64,000 bases of DNA, from assembly GCA_038325045.1 (NCBI GenBank), contig JBBQIP010000001.1, positions 4,200 through 68,199 on the forward strand. Direction: 5' to 3'. Of this stretch, positions 36,598 to 47,839 are shown in pieces (positions within the stretch are counted from its first letter, which is position 1; every line of letters starts with the position of its first letter). This stretch comes from Sphingomonadales bacterium (GTDB taxonomy: Bacteria > Pseudomonadota > Alphaproteobacteria > Sphingomonadales > Sphingomonadaceae). Both the position numbers and the translations under genes were made by a program. The notes below the pieces were generated by a model. The model had not been told where the DNA came from and ran no database searches. It saw nothing but the letters and a program-made list of their open reading frames with translations.

Positions 36598-36900
36598 ATG
36601 AACACGCTGGCAGCGCTGGTGGGGGTGGTGATCGTCGCCCTGCAATATGTGATCTGGGCGCTGGTGATCTGGGCTGTGCTCAGCTGGCTGGTGGCCTTCA
36701 ACGTCATCAACATGAGCAACGGCTTTGTGCGCGCGGTGGTGACCGGGCTTGACCGTTTCTTCGCCCCGCTGCTGCGGCCCATCAGGCGCGTGCTGCCGGA
36801 TATGGGCGGCATCGACCTGTCGCCGATGGTGCTCATCCTCCTCATCATCCTCATCCAGCGGGTGCTGCCCGCCCTCCTCCTCGATACCGGGATGCTGTGA
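36598..36900 (+). CDS. YggT family membrane protein
   Basis: [28 protein letters not shown]. Confidence 0.92.
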   Translation: MNTLAALVGVVIVALQYVIWALVIWAVLSWLVAFNVINMSNGFVRAVVTGLDRFFAPLLRPIRRVLPDMGGIDLSPMVLILLIILIQRVLPALLLDTGML

Positions 36901-37817
36901 CCGCGGTCCTGATCGACGGCAAGGCGCGGGCCGCCCGGCTGCGCGCCGAAGTGGCGGGCGGCGTGGCGGCGTTTGTGGCGGCGCAGGGCCGCGCGCCGGG
37001 CCTGGCCGTGGTGCTGGTGGGGGAAGATGCGGCGAGCCAGGTCTATGTCCGCAACAAGGGGGCGGCCACGCGCGAGGCCGGCATGCTCTCGGTGGAGCAC
37101 CGGCTGCCGGCCGATGTGCGCGAGGCCGAGCTGCTGGCGCTGGTGGCGGCGCTGAACAATGATCCGGCGATAGACGGCATATTGGTGCAGCTGCCGCTGC
37201 CCGCGCATATCAACGCCGATCTGGTTATCGAGGCGATTGACCCGGCCAAGGATGTGGACGGCTTTACGGCTGTGAACGCCGGGCTGCTGGCCAGCGGCAG
37301 GCAGGCGCTGGTGCCCTGCACGCCTTCAGGCTGCCTGATGCTGATCGAGGAGGCGCTGGGCGATCTTTCCGGCCGCGAAGCGCTGGTGATTGGGCGTTCG
37401 GCAATCGTGGGCAAGCCGATGGCGGCGCTGCTCACCGCCCGCAGCGCGACCGTGACCATCGCGCACAGCCGCACGCGCGACCTGGCCGCCCATGTGGCGC
37501 GCGCCGAAATTCTGGTGGCGGCGGTAGGCATTCCCGGCATGGTGCAAGGCAGCTGGGTGCGCGAAGGCGCGTGCGTGATCGATGTCGGCATCAACCGGGT
37601 GCCGGCGGAGGCCGGCAAGACACAGCTGCCGGCGGAGGCCGGCAAGACTCAGTTTGCGGCCGACGGCGGCAAAACCCGGCTGGTGGGGGATGTGGACTTT
37701 TCCGGCGCCAGCGCGCGCGCCGGGTTCATCACCCCGGTGCCGGGCGGGGTGGGGCCAATGACGATTGCCTGCCTGCTGGCGAACACGCTGAAGGCCGCGC
37801 TGGCCCGCGCTGCATGA
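36897..37817 (+). CDS. folD: Bifunctional methylene-THF dehydrogenase/cyclohydrolase
   Basis: [55 protein letters not shown]. Confidence 0.96.
   Translation: MTAVLIDGKARAARLRAEVAGGVAAFVAAQGRAPGLAVVLVGEDAASQVYVRNKGAATREAGMLSVEHRLPADVREAELLALVAALNNDPAIDGILVQLPLPAHINADLVIEAIDPAKDVDGFTAVNAGLLASGRQALVPCTPSGCLMLIEEALGDLSGREALVIGRSAIVGKPMAALLTARSATVTIAHSRTRDLAAHVARAEILVAAVGIPGMVQGSWVREGACVIDVGINRVPAEAGKTQLPAEAGKTQFAADGGKTRLVGDVDFSGASARAGFITPVPGGVGPMTIACLLANTLKAALARAA
37601..37681 (+). repeat. In-frame 27-bp tandem triplication inside folD
   Basis: GCCGGCGGAGGCCGGCAAGACACAGCT / GCCGGCGGAGGCCGGCAAGACTCAGTT / TGCGGCCGACGGCGGCAAAACCCGGCT, encoding [27 protein letters not shown]. Confidence 0.9.
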
Positions 37818-38452
37818 ACGAGCTGCAGGCCCTGTTCGTATCGGCGTTCGTAACGCTGTTCGTGGTGATCGACCCGCCCGGCTGCGTGCCGATATTTTCC
37901 TCGCTCACTTCCGGCACCGGCGGCGCGCACCGCCGCGCGATGGCGCTGCGGTCGTGCGGGATTGCGAGCATCGTGCTGGTCGGCTTTGCGCTCGGCGGCC
38001 AGCCGTTCCTGAACGCGCTCGGTATCAGCCTGGCCGCCTTCAAGATCGCCGGCGGGGTGATGGTTTTCCTGATCGCAATCGAGATGGTGTTTGAAAAGCG
38101 CACCGAGCGGCGCGAGCACCGGGCGGAGGAAGTGAAGGCCTCTGCCACTTCCGCCGAAGAGGATATTTCGGTGTTCCCGATGGCCATCCCCATGCTCGCC
38201 GGGCCGGGCGCGATTGCAGCGGTAATGCTGCTCACCGCGCGGGCACATTCTCCCATCGAGCTGGGCGCGGTGCTGGCGGCGCTGGTGGCAGTGATGCTGC
38301 TCACGCTGCTCTGCCTGCTCGCCGCCGGGCCGTTGATGCGGCTGATGGGGGCGAAATTCGAAGGCGCGCTCACCCGGTTGCTCGGGGTGGTGCTGGGGGC
38401 GCTTGCAGCGCAGTTCATCGTGGATGGAATCAAGCAAGCCTTCGGGCTCTGA
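37814..38452 (+). CDS. MarC family membrane protein
   Basis: [48 protein letters not shown]. Confidence 0.92.
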   Translation: MNELQALFVSAFVTLFVVIDPPGCVPIFSSLTSGTGGAHRRAMALRSCGIASIVLVGFALGGQPFLNALGISLAAFKIAGGVMVFLIAIEMVFEKRTERREHRAEEVKASATSAEEDISVFPMAIPMLAGPGAIAAVMLLTARAHSPIELGAVLAALVAVMLLTLLCLLAAGPLMRLMGAKFEGALTRLLGVVLGALAAQFIVDGIKQAFGL

Positions 38453-38519
38453 ACGGCAGCGGGCGCCAGGCTCGATAACTAGTATCGGCGCGGCACCCGC
38501 TTTTCAACGTCCAGCCCCG

Positions 38520-38551
38520 GCGGGCGACTGCCGGACCGGCAGCGCGCCCGC
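38520..38551. terminator. GC-rich hairpin between convergent marC and PEP-CTERM genes
   Basis: GCGGGCG-A-CTGCCG-GAC-CGGCAG-CG-CGCCCGC; no clear U-tract. Confidence 0.45.
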
Positions 38552-38560
38552 GCAGGTGCT

Positions 38561-39250
38561 TCAGGCGAGCTGGCTGCGCTCGCGGCGGCGGCGCAGCGTG
38601 GCGCCGATGATGCCGAAACCGCCGATCAGCATGGCCCAGCTGGCCGGCTCCGGCACCTGGCTGACCAGCACATTGTCGAGGATCGGGCCGACATTGTTCG
38701 CGCTTGGGCTGGAGAAGACCAGCTGGAGCGACCCCGCAGTAGTGGGGGTGAAGGACACGCTGTAGCCGAGGAACGGGCGGTTGGGAGCGATGGTTTCAGC
38801 ATAAGCGCCGAGCGACGTCTGGCCCGTGAAATCACCGCTATTGCACCCGATGAATCCAGAAGTGCAGGTGAATCCGAGAAAATCGATGGCGCTCCCGAAA
38901 TTGGCAGTGAAGTTAAACACATCGCTGGCCCCGCCGCGCTGGTTGCCGCTCAGATCAAAGCCGATCGTGAGGAGCCGGCCGGCGGCAAAGTTGATCGGGT
39001 TGCTGGTGAGTGCACCCGGTCCGGGGGTGCCGTCGATGTCCGCACAGCCGCCAGCGCCACCGGCGCAGACGATACCGAACTGATTGGGGGTGTTCACGAT
39101 ATCGACGGTTCCGGTGATGCTGAAGCCGGGAATGCTCGCTGCCGGAATGCCCTGAGGCAGCCCTTCGAAATTCTGCGAGAAGAGAACGGTGGCGTTTGCG
39201 GCGCTGGCGCTGGCGAGCGCGGCAACAGCCAAGGCAACGATGGTGCGCAT
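38561..39250 (-). CDS. PEPxxWA-CTERM surface protein
   Basis: Signal peptide MRTIVALAVAALASASAANA; C-terminal VPEPASWAMLIGGFGIIGATLRRRR. Confidence 0.9.
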   Translation of the reverse strand: MRTIVALAVAALASASAANATVLFSQNFEGLPQGIPAASIPGFSITGTVDIVNTPNQFGIVCAGGAGGCADIDGTPGPGALTSNPINFAAGRLLTIGFDLSGNQRGGASDVFNFTANFGSAIDFLGFTCTSGFIGCNSGDFTGQTSLGAYAETIAPNRPFLGYSVSFTPTTAGSLQLVFSSPSANNVGPILDNVLVSQVPEPASWAMLIGGFGIIGATLRRRRERSQLA

Positions 39251-39355
39251 GTTTGGTCCCCTCAATGACAGCCGGAATGACAATCCGAATCGGCCTGCAT
39301 CAAGGAGATAGCATTAACAGATAAATAACGATAGTTTACGAAGTGTGTTTATTGG

Positions 39356-40576
39356 TTAACGTCCGTCGCGGCGCCCGAGCAGGCGGAGCCGCAGCGCGTT
39401 CAGCTTGATGAACCCTTCGGCGTCGCGCTGGTCATAGGCGCCCTTGTCATCCTCGAAGGTGACGATGCTGGCCGAATAGAGCGAGTTGGGTGATTTGCGC
39501 CCCACCACGCTGGCGCTGCCCTTAAAGAGCTTCAGGCGCACGGTGCCGCTGACACGCGCCTGGCTATGGTCGATGGCGGCCTGCAGCATCTCGCGCTCGG
39601 GGCTGAACCAGAAGCCGTTATACAGCAGCCCGGCATATTTAATCGCCAGCTCGTCCTTCAGATGCGCCGCCCCCCGGTCGAGCGTGATCTGCTCGATGCC
39701 GCGGTGGGCGAGGTGGAGGATGGTGCCGCCGGGCGTTTCGTACATGCCGCGCGATTTCATGCCGACAAAGCGGTTCTCCACCAGATCGAGCCGGCCGATG
39801 CCGTGGCGCTTGCCCAGATCGTTCAGCCGCGCCAGCAAAGTGGCGGGCGAGAGCGGCTCGCCGTCCACCGCCACCGCATCGCCGCGCTCGAAATCGACCG
39901 TGATATATTCGGGGCTATCGGGCGCCGCCTCGGGATCATCGGTGCGGCTGTACACATAATCGGGCACCTCCTCCCACGGGTCTTCCAGCACCTTGCCTTC
40001 GGAGCTGGTGTGCAGAAGGTTGGCATCGGTGGAAAACGGGCTTTCGCCGCGCTTGTCCTTGGAAACCGGGATCTGGTGGCTTTCCGCAAAGGCGATAAGC
40101 GCCTCGCGGCTGTTCAGATCCCATTCCCGCCACGGCGCGATGATGCGGATATCGGGGGCCAGCGCATAATAGCCGAGCTCGAAGCGCACCTGGTCATTGC
40201 CCTTGCCGGTGGCGCCGTGGGACACCGCATCGGCCCCCACCAGCCTCGCGATCTCGATCTGCTTCTTGGCAATGAGCGGCCGGGCGATCGACGTGCCGAG
40301 CAGATACTGGCCTTCATAAAGCGCATTCGCCCGCATCATCGGGAACACATAATCGGCCACGAATTCCTCGCGCAGATCCTCGATGAAGATATGCTCTGGC
40401 TTGATGCCCATCAGCTGCGCCTTGGCGCGCGCCGGCTCCAGCTCCTCCCCCTGCCCCAGATCGGCGGTGAAGGTGACCACCTCGCAGCCATATTCGGTTT
40501 GCAGCCACTTCAGGATGACGCTGGTATCGAGCCCGCCCGAATAGGCGAGGACGACCCGTTTTACCGGCTTGGACAT
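39356..40576 (-). CDS. argG: Argininosuccinate synthase
   Basis: [51 protein letters not shown]. Confidence 0.97.
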   Translation of the reverse strand: MSKPVKRVVLAYSGGLDTSVILKWLQTEYGCEVVTFTADLGQGEELEPARAKAQLMGIKPEHIFIEDLREEFVADYVFPMMRANALYEGQYLLGTSIARPLIAKKQIEIARLVGADAVSHGATGKGNDQVRFELGYYALAPDIRIIAPWREWDLNSREALIAFAESHQIPVSKDKRGESPFSTDANLLHTSSEGKVLEDPWEEVPDYVYSRTDDPEAAPDSPEYITVDFERGDAVAVDGEPLSPATLLARLNDLGKRHGIGRLDLVENRFVGMKSRGMYETPGGTILHLAHRGIEQITLDRGAAHLKDELAIKYAGLLYNGFWFSPEREMLQAAIDHSQARVSGTVRLKLFKGSASVVGRKSPNSLYSASIVTFEDDKGAYDQRDAEGFIKLNALRLRLLGRRDGR

Positions 40577-40616
40577 GGGCAGACCTTCTTGAAAACCTGG
40601 GTTTGAACAGGCGCTG

Positions 40617-41774
40617 CTATAGCGGCCCTGCCGGGGCGTGCAAACCGGCTGCCAGCCGGCGTTTGACGATTGCCGCCACCTCGCTGGCCCATACCGCCCA
40701 GTTGAGGCGCTGCGCTGCATCCACCAGCGCTGCGGCCGACATCGATGCATAGCGGGCGGGGTCGGCAGCAAGGGCTGCGATGGCATCGGCATGGTTGGCA
40801 GCGGTGGCGCCCGGCGGCAGCAGGATGCCGGTCTCGCCGTCCCGCACCACCGATGGCACCCCGCCGGTGGCGATGCTGACCGAGGGCAGCCCCCGTGTGG
40901 CGGCTTCGGCAAACACGATCCCGTAGCATTCGGCGCGAGTGGGCAGGAACAGCAGATGCGCCTCCTCGAACAGCCGGTCCAGAGCAGCCGCCTGTTCGGG
41001 CACATCCTTGCGGAGCAGGCCGTGGAAATGGACATTGGCCGGCACCGGGCGCCCGGCCATTACGGCGGCGCTGTTGCCGATGATGTCGAGCCGGCAATCG
41101 AGCCCGCGCGCTGCCAGCTCGGCCGCAGCGGCCACTGCCAGCGGGCCGCCCTTGCGCTCCCATTCTATGCCCACGAACAACAGCCGGAGCGGGCCGGCCT
41201 GCAGCGTACGCGGCTGGCCATTGCCGGCCGGCATATTGGCACCCCAGGCGATTTCGAACACCTTGGCCGCGTCCGCCCCGTAATCGGCCAGCGCGGACTG
41301 GCGCGCCCAGCTGGAGGGGTAGAGGATGAGCGCGCTCTCCTCGATCACCTGTGCCTCCAGTGCATCGGCACCGCCGGCGCTGCGCCCCACACTGCGCGTC
41401 ATCAGGTCGTAATAGCCGATCATCTGCCGCACGGTCGCATCGGCAATATAAACGGTAGGGTGCGCGGCGGTGACGGCATGGGCGATGGGGCTGCACGAGA
41501 CCGCGAACACCACATCGGGCTGCTCCGCCGCAAGCCGGGCGGCGGTGCCGCGCATGGCCAGCCGGGTGAAGGTGCGCGAGGCGGTGTACTGGAAGCGCCG
41601 CAGCGTGAGCGCCTTCAGCACCAGCCCGAGCGGCCGGTACCAGCGCGGCAGCGGCGCTTCGATAACGGTGGTGAATTCGAAATGCGCCGAAAGGGCTTCC
41701 AGCATGTGCGAGGGGATGCCCGACCATGTGCCAACACTGCGCGGGTTGCCATAGGTGAGCATGGCGGCGCGCAT
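40617..41774 (-). CDS. Glycosyltransferase family 4 (GT-B fold)
   Basis: [41 protein letters not shown]. Confidence 0.88.
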   Translation of the reverse strand: MRAAMLTYGNPRSVGTWSGIPSHMLEALSAHFEFTTVIEAPLPRWYRPLGLVLKALTLRRFQYTASRTFTRLAMRGTAARLAAEQPDVVFAVSCSPIAHAVTAAHPTVYIADATVRQMIGYYDLMTRSVGRSAGGADALEAQVIEESALILYPSSWARQSALADYGADAAKVFEIAWGANMPAGNGQPRTLQAGPLRLLFVGIEWERKGGPLAVAAAAELAARGLDCRLDIIGNSAAVMAGRPVPANVHFHGLLRKDVPEQAAALDRLFEEAHLLFLPTRAECYGIVFAEAATRGLPSVSIATGGVPSVVRDGETGILLPPGATAANHADAIAALAADPARYASMSAAALVDAAQRLNWAVWASEVAAIVKRRLAAGLHAPAGPL

Positions 41775-41781
41775 GCTGGCG

Positions 41782-43293
41782 CTACTTCCGCTTGGCGATG
41801 AAGGCGCGGATATCGTTACTCAATTTTGTGCGGCTCGGCGGGTCGATGTACATCATGTGGCCGGCATCATAATAGCGGAAGTCGATCCGGTCCTGCGGGA
41901 AACCGGGGCGGTTCAGGCTATATTCGGCCGCAAAGAACGGCGTGGCGAAATCATACCAGCCCTGGCCCACGAACACCCCCATGGCGCTGTTCTCGCGCAT
42001 CGCCCGGCCAATCCACGGGGCGAGATTGGTATAGGTGTCGCGGCCCTGGCCAATCCGCCAGTCCCAGTCGCGCACGCCGCCGATGGTCACATAATTACGG
42101 TCGATCTTTACCCCCAGCTTGCCGCGCGCATAGGCGTTGAAGGCGGCCGGATAGCTGGCGTCTATACCGTAGAAGCTGGGGTCATTGTCCGGCTGGTCGC
42201 CGGCATTGTCGTAATCGGTGCCGATATAGCGGGTGTCCAGCCGGCCGATGGACTTACCGCGCTCACGCAGCAGTTCCTTGTAGAAGCGCGACGGTGAAAC
42301 CCGCAGATTGGCGCGGTCCAGAAAGGCTTCGCCAAGGCCGGTGAGCGCCGCCATTTCGGCGCGCACCCGTGCCCGCTCGTCTGCTCCTAGCGCCGCCCCC
42401 TTGGTGAGCGCCGCCAGATATGGCCCGGTGGCAAAGGCGCGCGCGGCGGCGGCCTGCGCCTCTACGGTCGGCAACCGGTTTGCCAGCGCGCCATGATACC
42501 AGGCCGTGGTGGCCATGGAGGGCAGCGTAGTGACAAACTGCATCTCATTTCCCTCCACCCCGGCCTCAAGCCCGAAATCGAGAATGGTGGAGATGAGGAT
42601 GATGCCGTTGACCGCGACATCATTATAGCCGCCGGTCAGCTCGTTGATGACCGCGGCCGACCGGCTGGTGCCATAGCTTTCGCCGCCGATGAACTTGGGC
42701 GAATTCCAGCGGCCATTGGCGTTAAGCCAGAGCCGGATTAGCTCGGCGACCGACTTTGCATCCTGCTTCACCCCCCAGAAGCTCTTTGCCTCGGTCTTGC
42801 CCAACGCCCGCGACCAGCCGGTCCCAACCGGATCGATGAACACGATATCGGTCGCATCGAGAAGCGAATCGGGGTTGGCGGTGATGCTGTAGGGCGGCGC
42901 GCCGTCATCGGCCGGGCCACCATCGGTTCTTATGGGCGTGTTCACCCGCTCTGGCCCGAACGCGCCCATGTGCAGCCACACCGAGCCGGAGCCGGGGCCG
43001 CCGTTCCACAGGAAGGTGACCGGGCGGTTGGGTTCGGCCGCGTCCTTCACATAGCTGATGGTGAACAGGGCGGCAGTGGGCGTGCCGGCCTCGTCCTTCA
43101 GGTAAATCTCCTCGGCCGTTGCGGTGTGGCGCACGGTCTGGCCGCCAAAGCTGCCGCTGTGGCTGGTGACGGCGCGGAACGGCACCGGGATTTCGGCCTT
43201 GGTTTCCGCGGCTTTCTGGGCGGCAGCAGGGCTGGCGGCGAGCAGCAGCGCGCCAAGGAACAGCGTTGCGGGGTGCAGGAAGGGTGTTTTCAT
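41782..43293 (-). CDS. Secreted peptidase S10 (serine carboxypeptidase)
   Basis: Signal peptide; FLWNGGPGSGS, FIDPVGTG, GGESYG, YDAGHMMY. Confidence 0.92.
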   Translation of the reverse strand: MKTPFLHPATLFLGALLLAASPAAAQKAAETKAEIPVPFRAVTSHSGSFGGQTVRHTATAEEIYLKDEAGTPTAALFTISYVKDAAEPNRPVTFLWNGGPGSGSVWLHMGAFGPERVNTPIRTDGGPADDGAPPYSITANPDSLLDATDIVFIDPVGTGWSRALGKTEAKSFWGVKQDAKSVAELIRLWLNANGRWNSPKFIGGESYGTSRSAAVINELTGGYNDVAVNGIILISTILDFGLEAGVEGNEMQFVTTLPSMATTAWYHGALANRLPTVEAQAAAARAFATGPYLAALTKGAALGADERARVRAEMAALTGLGEAFLDRANLRVSPSRFYKELLRERGKSIGRLDTRYIGTDYDNAGDQPDNDPSFYGIDASYPAAFNAYARGKLGVKIDRNYVTIGGVRDWDWRIGQGRDTYTNLAPWIGRAMRENSAMGVFVGQGWYDFATPFFAAEYSLNRPGFPQDRIDFRYYDAGHMMYIDPPSRTKLSNDIRAFIAKRK

Positions 43294-43348
43294 GGCGCCT
43301 GCATAAGCGGGGAGGACGCTTGCAGGAACCACCAAAACGCGCACACGC

Positions 43349-44596
43349 TCAACCGGCAGCGCGCACCTGGGCCGGGGCGGGCGTTCGCAGCGCGCGTTCG
43401 GCATCGGCCATGTAATCGCGGCGGATCGGCAGCGTGTCCCGCCGCTTGGTCATCTGGATCTGCACGTTCATGTGCCCATCGTTCACGAACGCCGATTCGG
43501 CGGCTGAAAGATAGAAGCTCCACATGCGGAAGAACCGCGCATCATAAAGGGCTGTAATCTCCGCCTCGCGCGCGGCGCAGCGATCGTACCAGGCGTGGAT
43601 GGTATGGGCATAGTGCAGCCGCAGCACCTCGATATCGGTGGCCCAGAGCCAGGCTTTCTCGATTTTGGGAACAATCTGGCTCAGCGCTGGCGAATAGCCG
43701 CCGGGAAAGACGTATTTGGCAGTCCAGGGGTCGGTGGCGCCGGGGCCATCGGCGCGGGCGATGGTATGCAGCAGCGCCACCCCGTCGGTGGCGAGCAGCC
43801 GCTCCACGGTCTCGAAAAAGGTGCCATATTGCGGCAGGCCGACATGCTCGAACATGCCGACCGAGACGATCCGGTCGAACTGCCCGGTTACGGCGCGGTA
43901 GTCGATCAGCTCGAAGCGCACATGGGCGGACAGGCCCTGCCGTTCGGTTTCGGCGCGCGCATAGCGCAGCTGTTCTTCGGACAGGGTGACCCCCAGCACA
44001 TCGGCGCCGCTGGCCTTGTGGATGTAGCGCGCCAGCCCGCCCCAGCCGCAGCCGATATCGAGCACCTTCTGCCCCGGCTTCAGATCGAGCTTGGCGGCGA
44101 TATGGGCGAGCTTGGCCTCTTGCGCTGCCTCCAGCGTATCGTCGTCGCCGCCCCAATAGGCGCAGCTATACTGGCGGTGCGGATCGAGAAACAGGTCGTA
44201 GAGCCGGTCATCGAGGTCATAATGATGGGCGACGTTGCGCTTGGCGCGCCGGGCGTAGTTCAGCTGGTCGAACCAGCCGGCGAGGCTGGCCTGCCGCCAT
44301 AGCGCGAACCGCACCGGATTGTCGCGCTGCCAGCGGAGGTTGTGGGTGACGAGATCGACAAGCGCGCGGATATCGCCCTCCTCGATCACCAGCCGCCCGT
44401 CCATGAACGCCTCACCCGCGCCCAGCGCCAGATTGGCCGCCAGCCGGCGCGGGGTGGCGCTATCGGTGAAGCGGATGCGCACCGCCGGTTTGCCGGGCCG
44501 CGCCTGGCCGTAACTATAGGCCCGGCCACGCGCATCCGTGATGTGCAGCGGTCCTTCGAGGATGAACTTCCGGAACAGGCGGTCGAGCAGGAACAT
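43349..44596 (-). CDS. cfa: Cyclopropane-fatty-acyl-phospholipid synthase family methyltransferase
   Basis: NVAHHYDL, QYSCAY, LDIGCGWGG, VSVGMFEHVG, YVFPGG, RMW-FYL. Confidence 0.9.
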   Translation of the reverse strand: MFLLDRLFRKFILEGPLHITDARGRAYSYGQARPGKPAVRIRFTDSATPRRLAANLALGAGEAFMDGRLVIEEGDIRALVDLVTHNLRWQRDNPVRFALWRQASLAGWFDQLNYARRAKRNVAHHYDLDDRLYDLFLDPHRQYSCAYWGGDDDTLEAAQEAKLAHIAAKLDLKPGQKVLDIGCGWGGLARYIHKASGADVLGVTLSEEQLRYARAETERQGLSAHVRFELIDYRAVTGQFDRIVSVGMFEHVGLPQYGTFFETVERLLATDGVALLHTIARADGPGATDPWTAKYVFPGGYSPALSQIVPKIEKAWLWATDIEVLRLHYAHTIHAWYDRCAAREAEITALYDARFFRMWSFYLSAAESAFVNDGHMNVQIQMTKRRDTLPIRRDYMADAERALRTPAPAQVRAAG

Positions 44597-44626
44597 GGGC
44601 AGACTATATCGCGGTTATGCGCAGCT

Positions 44627-45931
44627 TCAATCGACCCATGCGGCTTCCTTTTCAGCCGCCAGCCGGTCCAGCTCGGCGCGGGAGAGTTTTTCGCTGGCCG
44701 ATTTCAGCTGGCCGCAGGCGGCCATGATATCGCGGCCGCGCGGGCGGCGGATGGGCGCCGAGATGCCGGCCCTGAAAATAATGTCGGAAAAGGCGTTCAC
44801 CCGCTCGTCGGTCGAGGCTTCATAGGCCGACCCGGGCCATGGGTTGAATGGGATGAGATTGACCTTGGCCGGCAGCTTGTACTTGCGGATGAGGCGGACG
44901 AGCTCGCGGGCGTGCTCGTCATGGTCGTTCTTGTCCTTCAACATCACATATTCAAAGGTGATGCGCCGCGCGTTGCTGGCACCGGGATAGGCAGCACAGG
45001 CCTCGAGCAGCGATTCCAGCCCGTATTTGCGGTTGATCGGCACGATCTCGTCGCGGATTTCCTTGTTCACCGCGTGCAGCGACACTGCGAGGTTTACGCC
45101 GATCTCGGCGCCGGCGCGCGCCATCATAGGCACCACGCCCGAAGTGCTGAGCGTGATGCGGCGGCGCGACAGGCCCAGCCCGTCCCCGTCCATCACAATG
45201 GCCAGCGCATCGCGCACATTCTCGAAATTGTACAAAGGCTCGCCCATGCCCATCATCACGATGTTGGTGAGCATGCGGCCCTGCGGCGTGTAGTTGGCTC
45301 CGGGGTTGTGCGCGCCGGGAATCCAGGCTGGCTCATCATCGCCATCATCATCGGCATCGGGCAGTGCAGGCAGCGCAGTACCGCTGGCGCCGGGCCATTC
45401 GCCCAGCGCATCGCGCGCCAGCATCACCTGGCCCACGATTTCCGCCGCAGTCAGGTTTCGCACCAGCTTCATGGTGCCGGTAAAGCAGAAGCGGCAGTTG
45501 AGCGTGCACCCCACCTGCGAGGAAACACACAAGGTGCCCCGGTACGCATCGGGGATGAAGACGCACTCGGCCTCCTCCCCATCATCGAAGCGCAGCAGCC
45601 ATTTGCGGGTGCCGTCGGTGCTCACCTGCGATTGCACCACCTCCGGCCGGCCCACCACGAAATGCCGGTCCAGCACCTCGCGGGTTTCCTTGCTGATGTT
45701 GGCGAAGGCGGCAATCTCGGTGGCGCCGCGCTGGTATATCCAGTTCCAGACCTGGGAGGTCCGCATCCCGGCCTGGCGCTCCGGAATGCCAACCTCGATC
45801 AGCGCCGCGCGCAGCTCCACCCGGCTGAGGCCGAGCAGCGCGCGCTTGCCATCGGCACGGGCAGGCGCGGCGCGGCGCGGCATCACGGTCGGTTCAACTG
45901 GGCCGGGGATGGGCATGAGCGGAGTGTTCAT
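44627..45931 (-). CDS. rlmN: 23S rRNA m2A2503/tRNA methyltransferase (radical SAM)
   Basis: [45 protein letters not shown]. Confidence 0.96.
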   Translation of the reverse strand: MNTPLMPIPGPVEPTVMPRRAAPARADGKRALLGLSRVELRAALIEVGIPERQAGMRTSQVWNWIYQRGATEIAAFANISKETREVLDRHFVVGRPEVVQSQVSTDGTRKWLLRFDDGEEAECVFIPDAYRGTLCVSSQVGCTLNCRFCFTGTMKLVRNLTAAEIVGQVMLARDALGEWPGASGTALPALPDADDDGDDEPAWIPGAHNPGANYTPQGRMLTNIVMMGMGEPLYNFENVRDALAIVMDGDGLGLSRRRITLSTSGVVPMMARAGAEIGVNLAVSLHAVNKEIRDEIVPINRKYGLESLLEACAAYPGASNARRITFEYVMLKDKNDHDEHARELVRLIRKYKLPAKVNLIPFNPWPGSAYEASTDERVNAFSDIIFRAGISAPIRRPRGRDIMAACGQLKSASEKLSRAELDRLAAEKEAAWVD

Positions 45932-45981
45932 CCCCGGCCCCATAGGCCAAAGTGGCGGCGCCCGCAAAGCCGGGCAGCACC

Positions 45982-46881
45982 TCAGGCAGCTGTAATTGGC
46001 GTGCGCAGGTATACATGGCCGGCGGCGGTGGGCGGTGGCAGCCGGCCGCCGCGGATGTTCACCTGCAACGAGGGCAGCAGCAGCCTTGGCGGTGCCAGCG
46101 TTGCATCGCGCGCCTCGCGCATCGCCACGAATTCCGCCTCGCTCACCCCGTCATGGATATGGATGTTGCCGGCGCGCTCCGCCGCCACGCTGGTCTCCAC
46201 CTGATAAGCGGTGCGGCCGGCGGGCAGGTAATCATGGCCGAGGAACAGCCTTGTTTCCGGCGGCAGCGCCAGAATGCGGCGGATCGAGCGGTAGAGCGTG
46301 GCCGCATCGCCGCCGGGAAAATCGGTCCGGGCGGTGCCGTAATCGGGCATGAACAGCGTATCGCCCACAAAGGCCGCGTCGCCCACCAGCCAGGTCATGC
46401 AGGCGGGCGTATGGCCGGGCGTGTGGAAGGCGGTGATCGCCAGCGAGCCAAGCGGCAGGCTGGCGCCCTCGCCCAGCAGAATGTCGAAGTCGCCGCCTTC
46501 TGCCAGCATGTCGCCTGCCTCGAACAGCGGTGCGAACACCTGCTGCACCTGGCCTATCCTGTCCCCGATCACCAGCTTGGCGCCGGTCTGGCGGCGCAAC
46601 CAGTCACCCGCGGTCAGATGATCGGCATGGGCATGGGTTTCGAGGATGAAGCGGACCGTGAGGCCCCGCTCCGAAACCGCCGCCAGCAGCGCGCGCGCAC
46701 TGTCATGCGCCAGGCGGCCGCCGGCCGGATCATAATCCAGCACCGGGTCGATGATCACTGCATCGCCGGTTGCGGGGTCGCTTACCAGATGGGTGGCGGT
46801 GAAGGTGGCGGGATCGAAAAAGCTCTCCACCCTTGAGAGGCCGGGGCTGACGGCCAGCGGTGTTGCGGGGGAGACGGTCAT
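45982..46881 (-). CDS. MBL-fold persulfide dioxygenase (Blh/PDO-like)
   Basis: [53 protein letters not shown]. Confidence 0.88.
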   Translation of the reverse strand: MTVSPATPLAVSPGLSRVESFFDPATFTATHLVSDPATGDAVIIDPVLDYDPAGGRLAHDSARALLAAVSERGLTVRFILETHAHADHLTAGDWLRRQTGAKLVIGDRIGQVQQVFAPLFEAGDMLAEGGDFDILLGEGASLPLGSLAITAFHTPGHTPACMTWLVGDAAFVGDTLFMPDYGTARTDFPGGDAATLYRSIRRILALPPETRLFLGHDYLPAGRTAYQVETSVAAERAGNIHIHDGVSEAEFVAMREARDATLAPPRLLLPSLQVNIRGGRLPPPTAAGHVYLRTPITAA

Positions 46882-46918
46882 GCGCGGATCCTTTGCGGTA
46901 TTTTCGATAGGGTTTATT

Positions 46919-46932
46919 TTAGCGCTTGCTAA
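46919..46932. promoter_or_regulatory. Candidate operator inverted repeat between the divergent PDO and ArsR genes
   Basis: TTAGC-GCTT-GCTAA within an AT-rich 80-bp intergenic region. Confidence 0.4.
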
Positions 46933-46960
46933 TTTAGAGTCAACTGATATATTTATCCCC

Positions 46961-47311
46961 ATGATCGAAACGTCCACCATTTCCCCTGAAGACTTTGCCG
47001 CCAGCGCGGCGCAAGCGGCGCGGATGCTGCGGGCGCTGGCCAGCGAGCCGCGGCTGATGATCCTGTGCCAGCTTGGCGACGGCGAGCGTTCGGCCGGTGC
47101 GCTGCAGCCGCTCACCGGCCTTTCGCAATCGGCGCTTTCGCAACATCTGGCGGTGCTGCGGACCGAGCGGCTGGTCGCCACCCGGCGCGACGGCCAGACG
47201 ATCTACTACCGCATTGCCGATCCGGCCGCAGCGCGGCTGATGGAAACACTGGCCGAGCTGTTCTGCCCTCCCCCCACATCTGCATCTGCATCTGAAGGAG
47301 ACACTGAATGA
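46961..47311 (+). CDS. ArsR/SmtB repressor, BigR/SqrR type
   Basis: RLMILCQL (Cys 1), LSQSALSQHLAVLR, RRDGQTIYY, ELFC (Cys 2). Confidence 0.88.
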   Translation: MIETSTISPEDFAASAAQAARMLRALASEPRLMILCQLGDGERSAGALQPLTGLSQSALSQHLAVLRTERLVATRRDGQTIYYRIADPAAARLMETLAELFCPPPTSASASEGDTE

Positions 47312-47835
47312 CCACCCTGCTCGCCCCCCTTGCGCCCGAGGCCGCGCACCAGCGCCTTGCTGCCGGCACCGCCCGGCTGATCGATATTCGGGATCCCGAT
47401 GAATTTGCCCGCCGGCATGTGCCCGGAGCGGAGCTGCACCCGCTCGCCGGAATTTCTGCAGCCGCACTCTCCGGCGATCCGCGGCCACTGATCTTCACCT
47501 GCAAATCCGGCATGCGCACGGGCACCAACCAGGCCCTTCTGGCCAAGCTCGCGCCGGGCAGTTTCGTGCTCGAAGGCGGGATCGATGATTGGGCGGCGGC
47601 CGGGCTGCCGATCGCGAAGCAGAGCGGCGCCCCGCTCGAGATCATGCGCCAGGTTCAGATCGGCGCCGGATCGCTGGTGCTGCTCGGGGTGCTGCTGGCG
47701 GTGCTGGTATCGCCGGGGTTCATCGTCCTTTCCGGGCTGGTGGGTGCCGGGCTGATGATGGCTGGCATAACCGGCTTTTGCGGCATGGCGCGGCTGCTGG
47801 CGCTGATGCCCTGGAACCGCCCGGCGGCGGGCTGA
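47308..47835 (+). CDS. Rhodanese domain plus DUF2892 membrane protein (YgaP-like sulfurtransferase)
   Basis: LIDIRDPDEF, FTCKSGMRT active-site loop, LEGGIDDW, MRQVQI-AG, GFCGMARLL--MPWN. Confidence 0.9.
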   Translation: MTTLLAPLAPEAAHQRLAAGTARLIDIRDPDEFARRHVPGAELHPLAGISAAALSGDPRPLIFTCKSGMRTGTNQALLAKLAPGSFVLEGGIDDWAAAGLPIAKQSGAPLEIMRQVQIGAGSLVLLGVLLAVLVSPGFIVLSGLVGAGLMMAGITGFCGMARLLALMPWNRPAAG

Positions 47836-47839
47836 GGCC

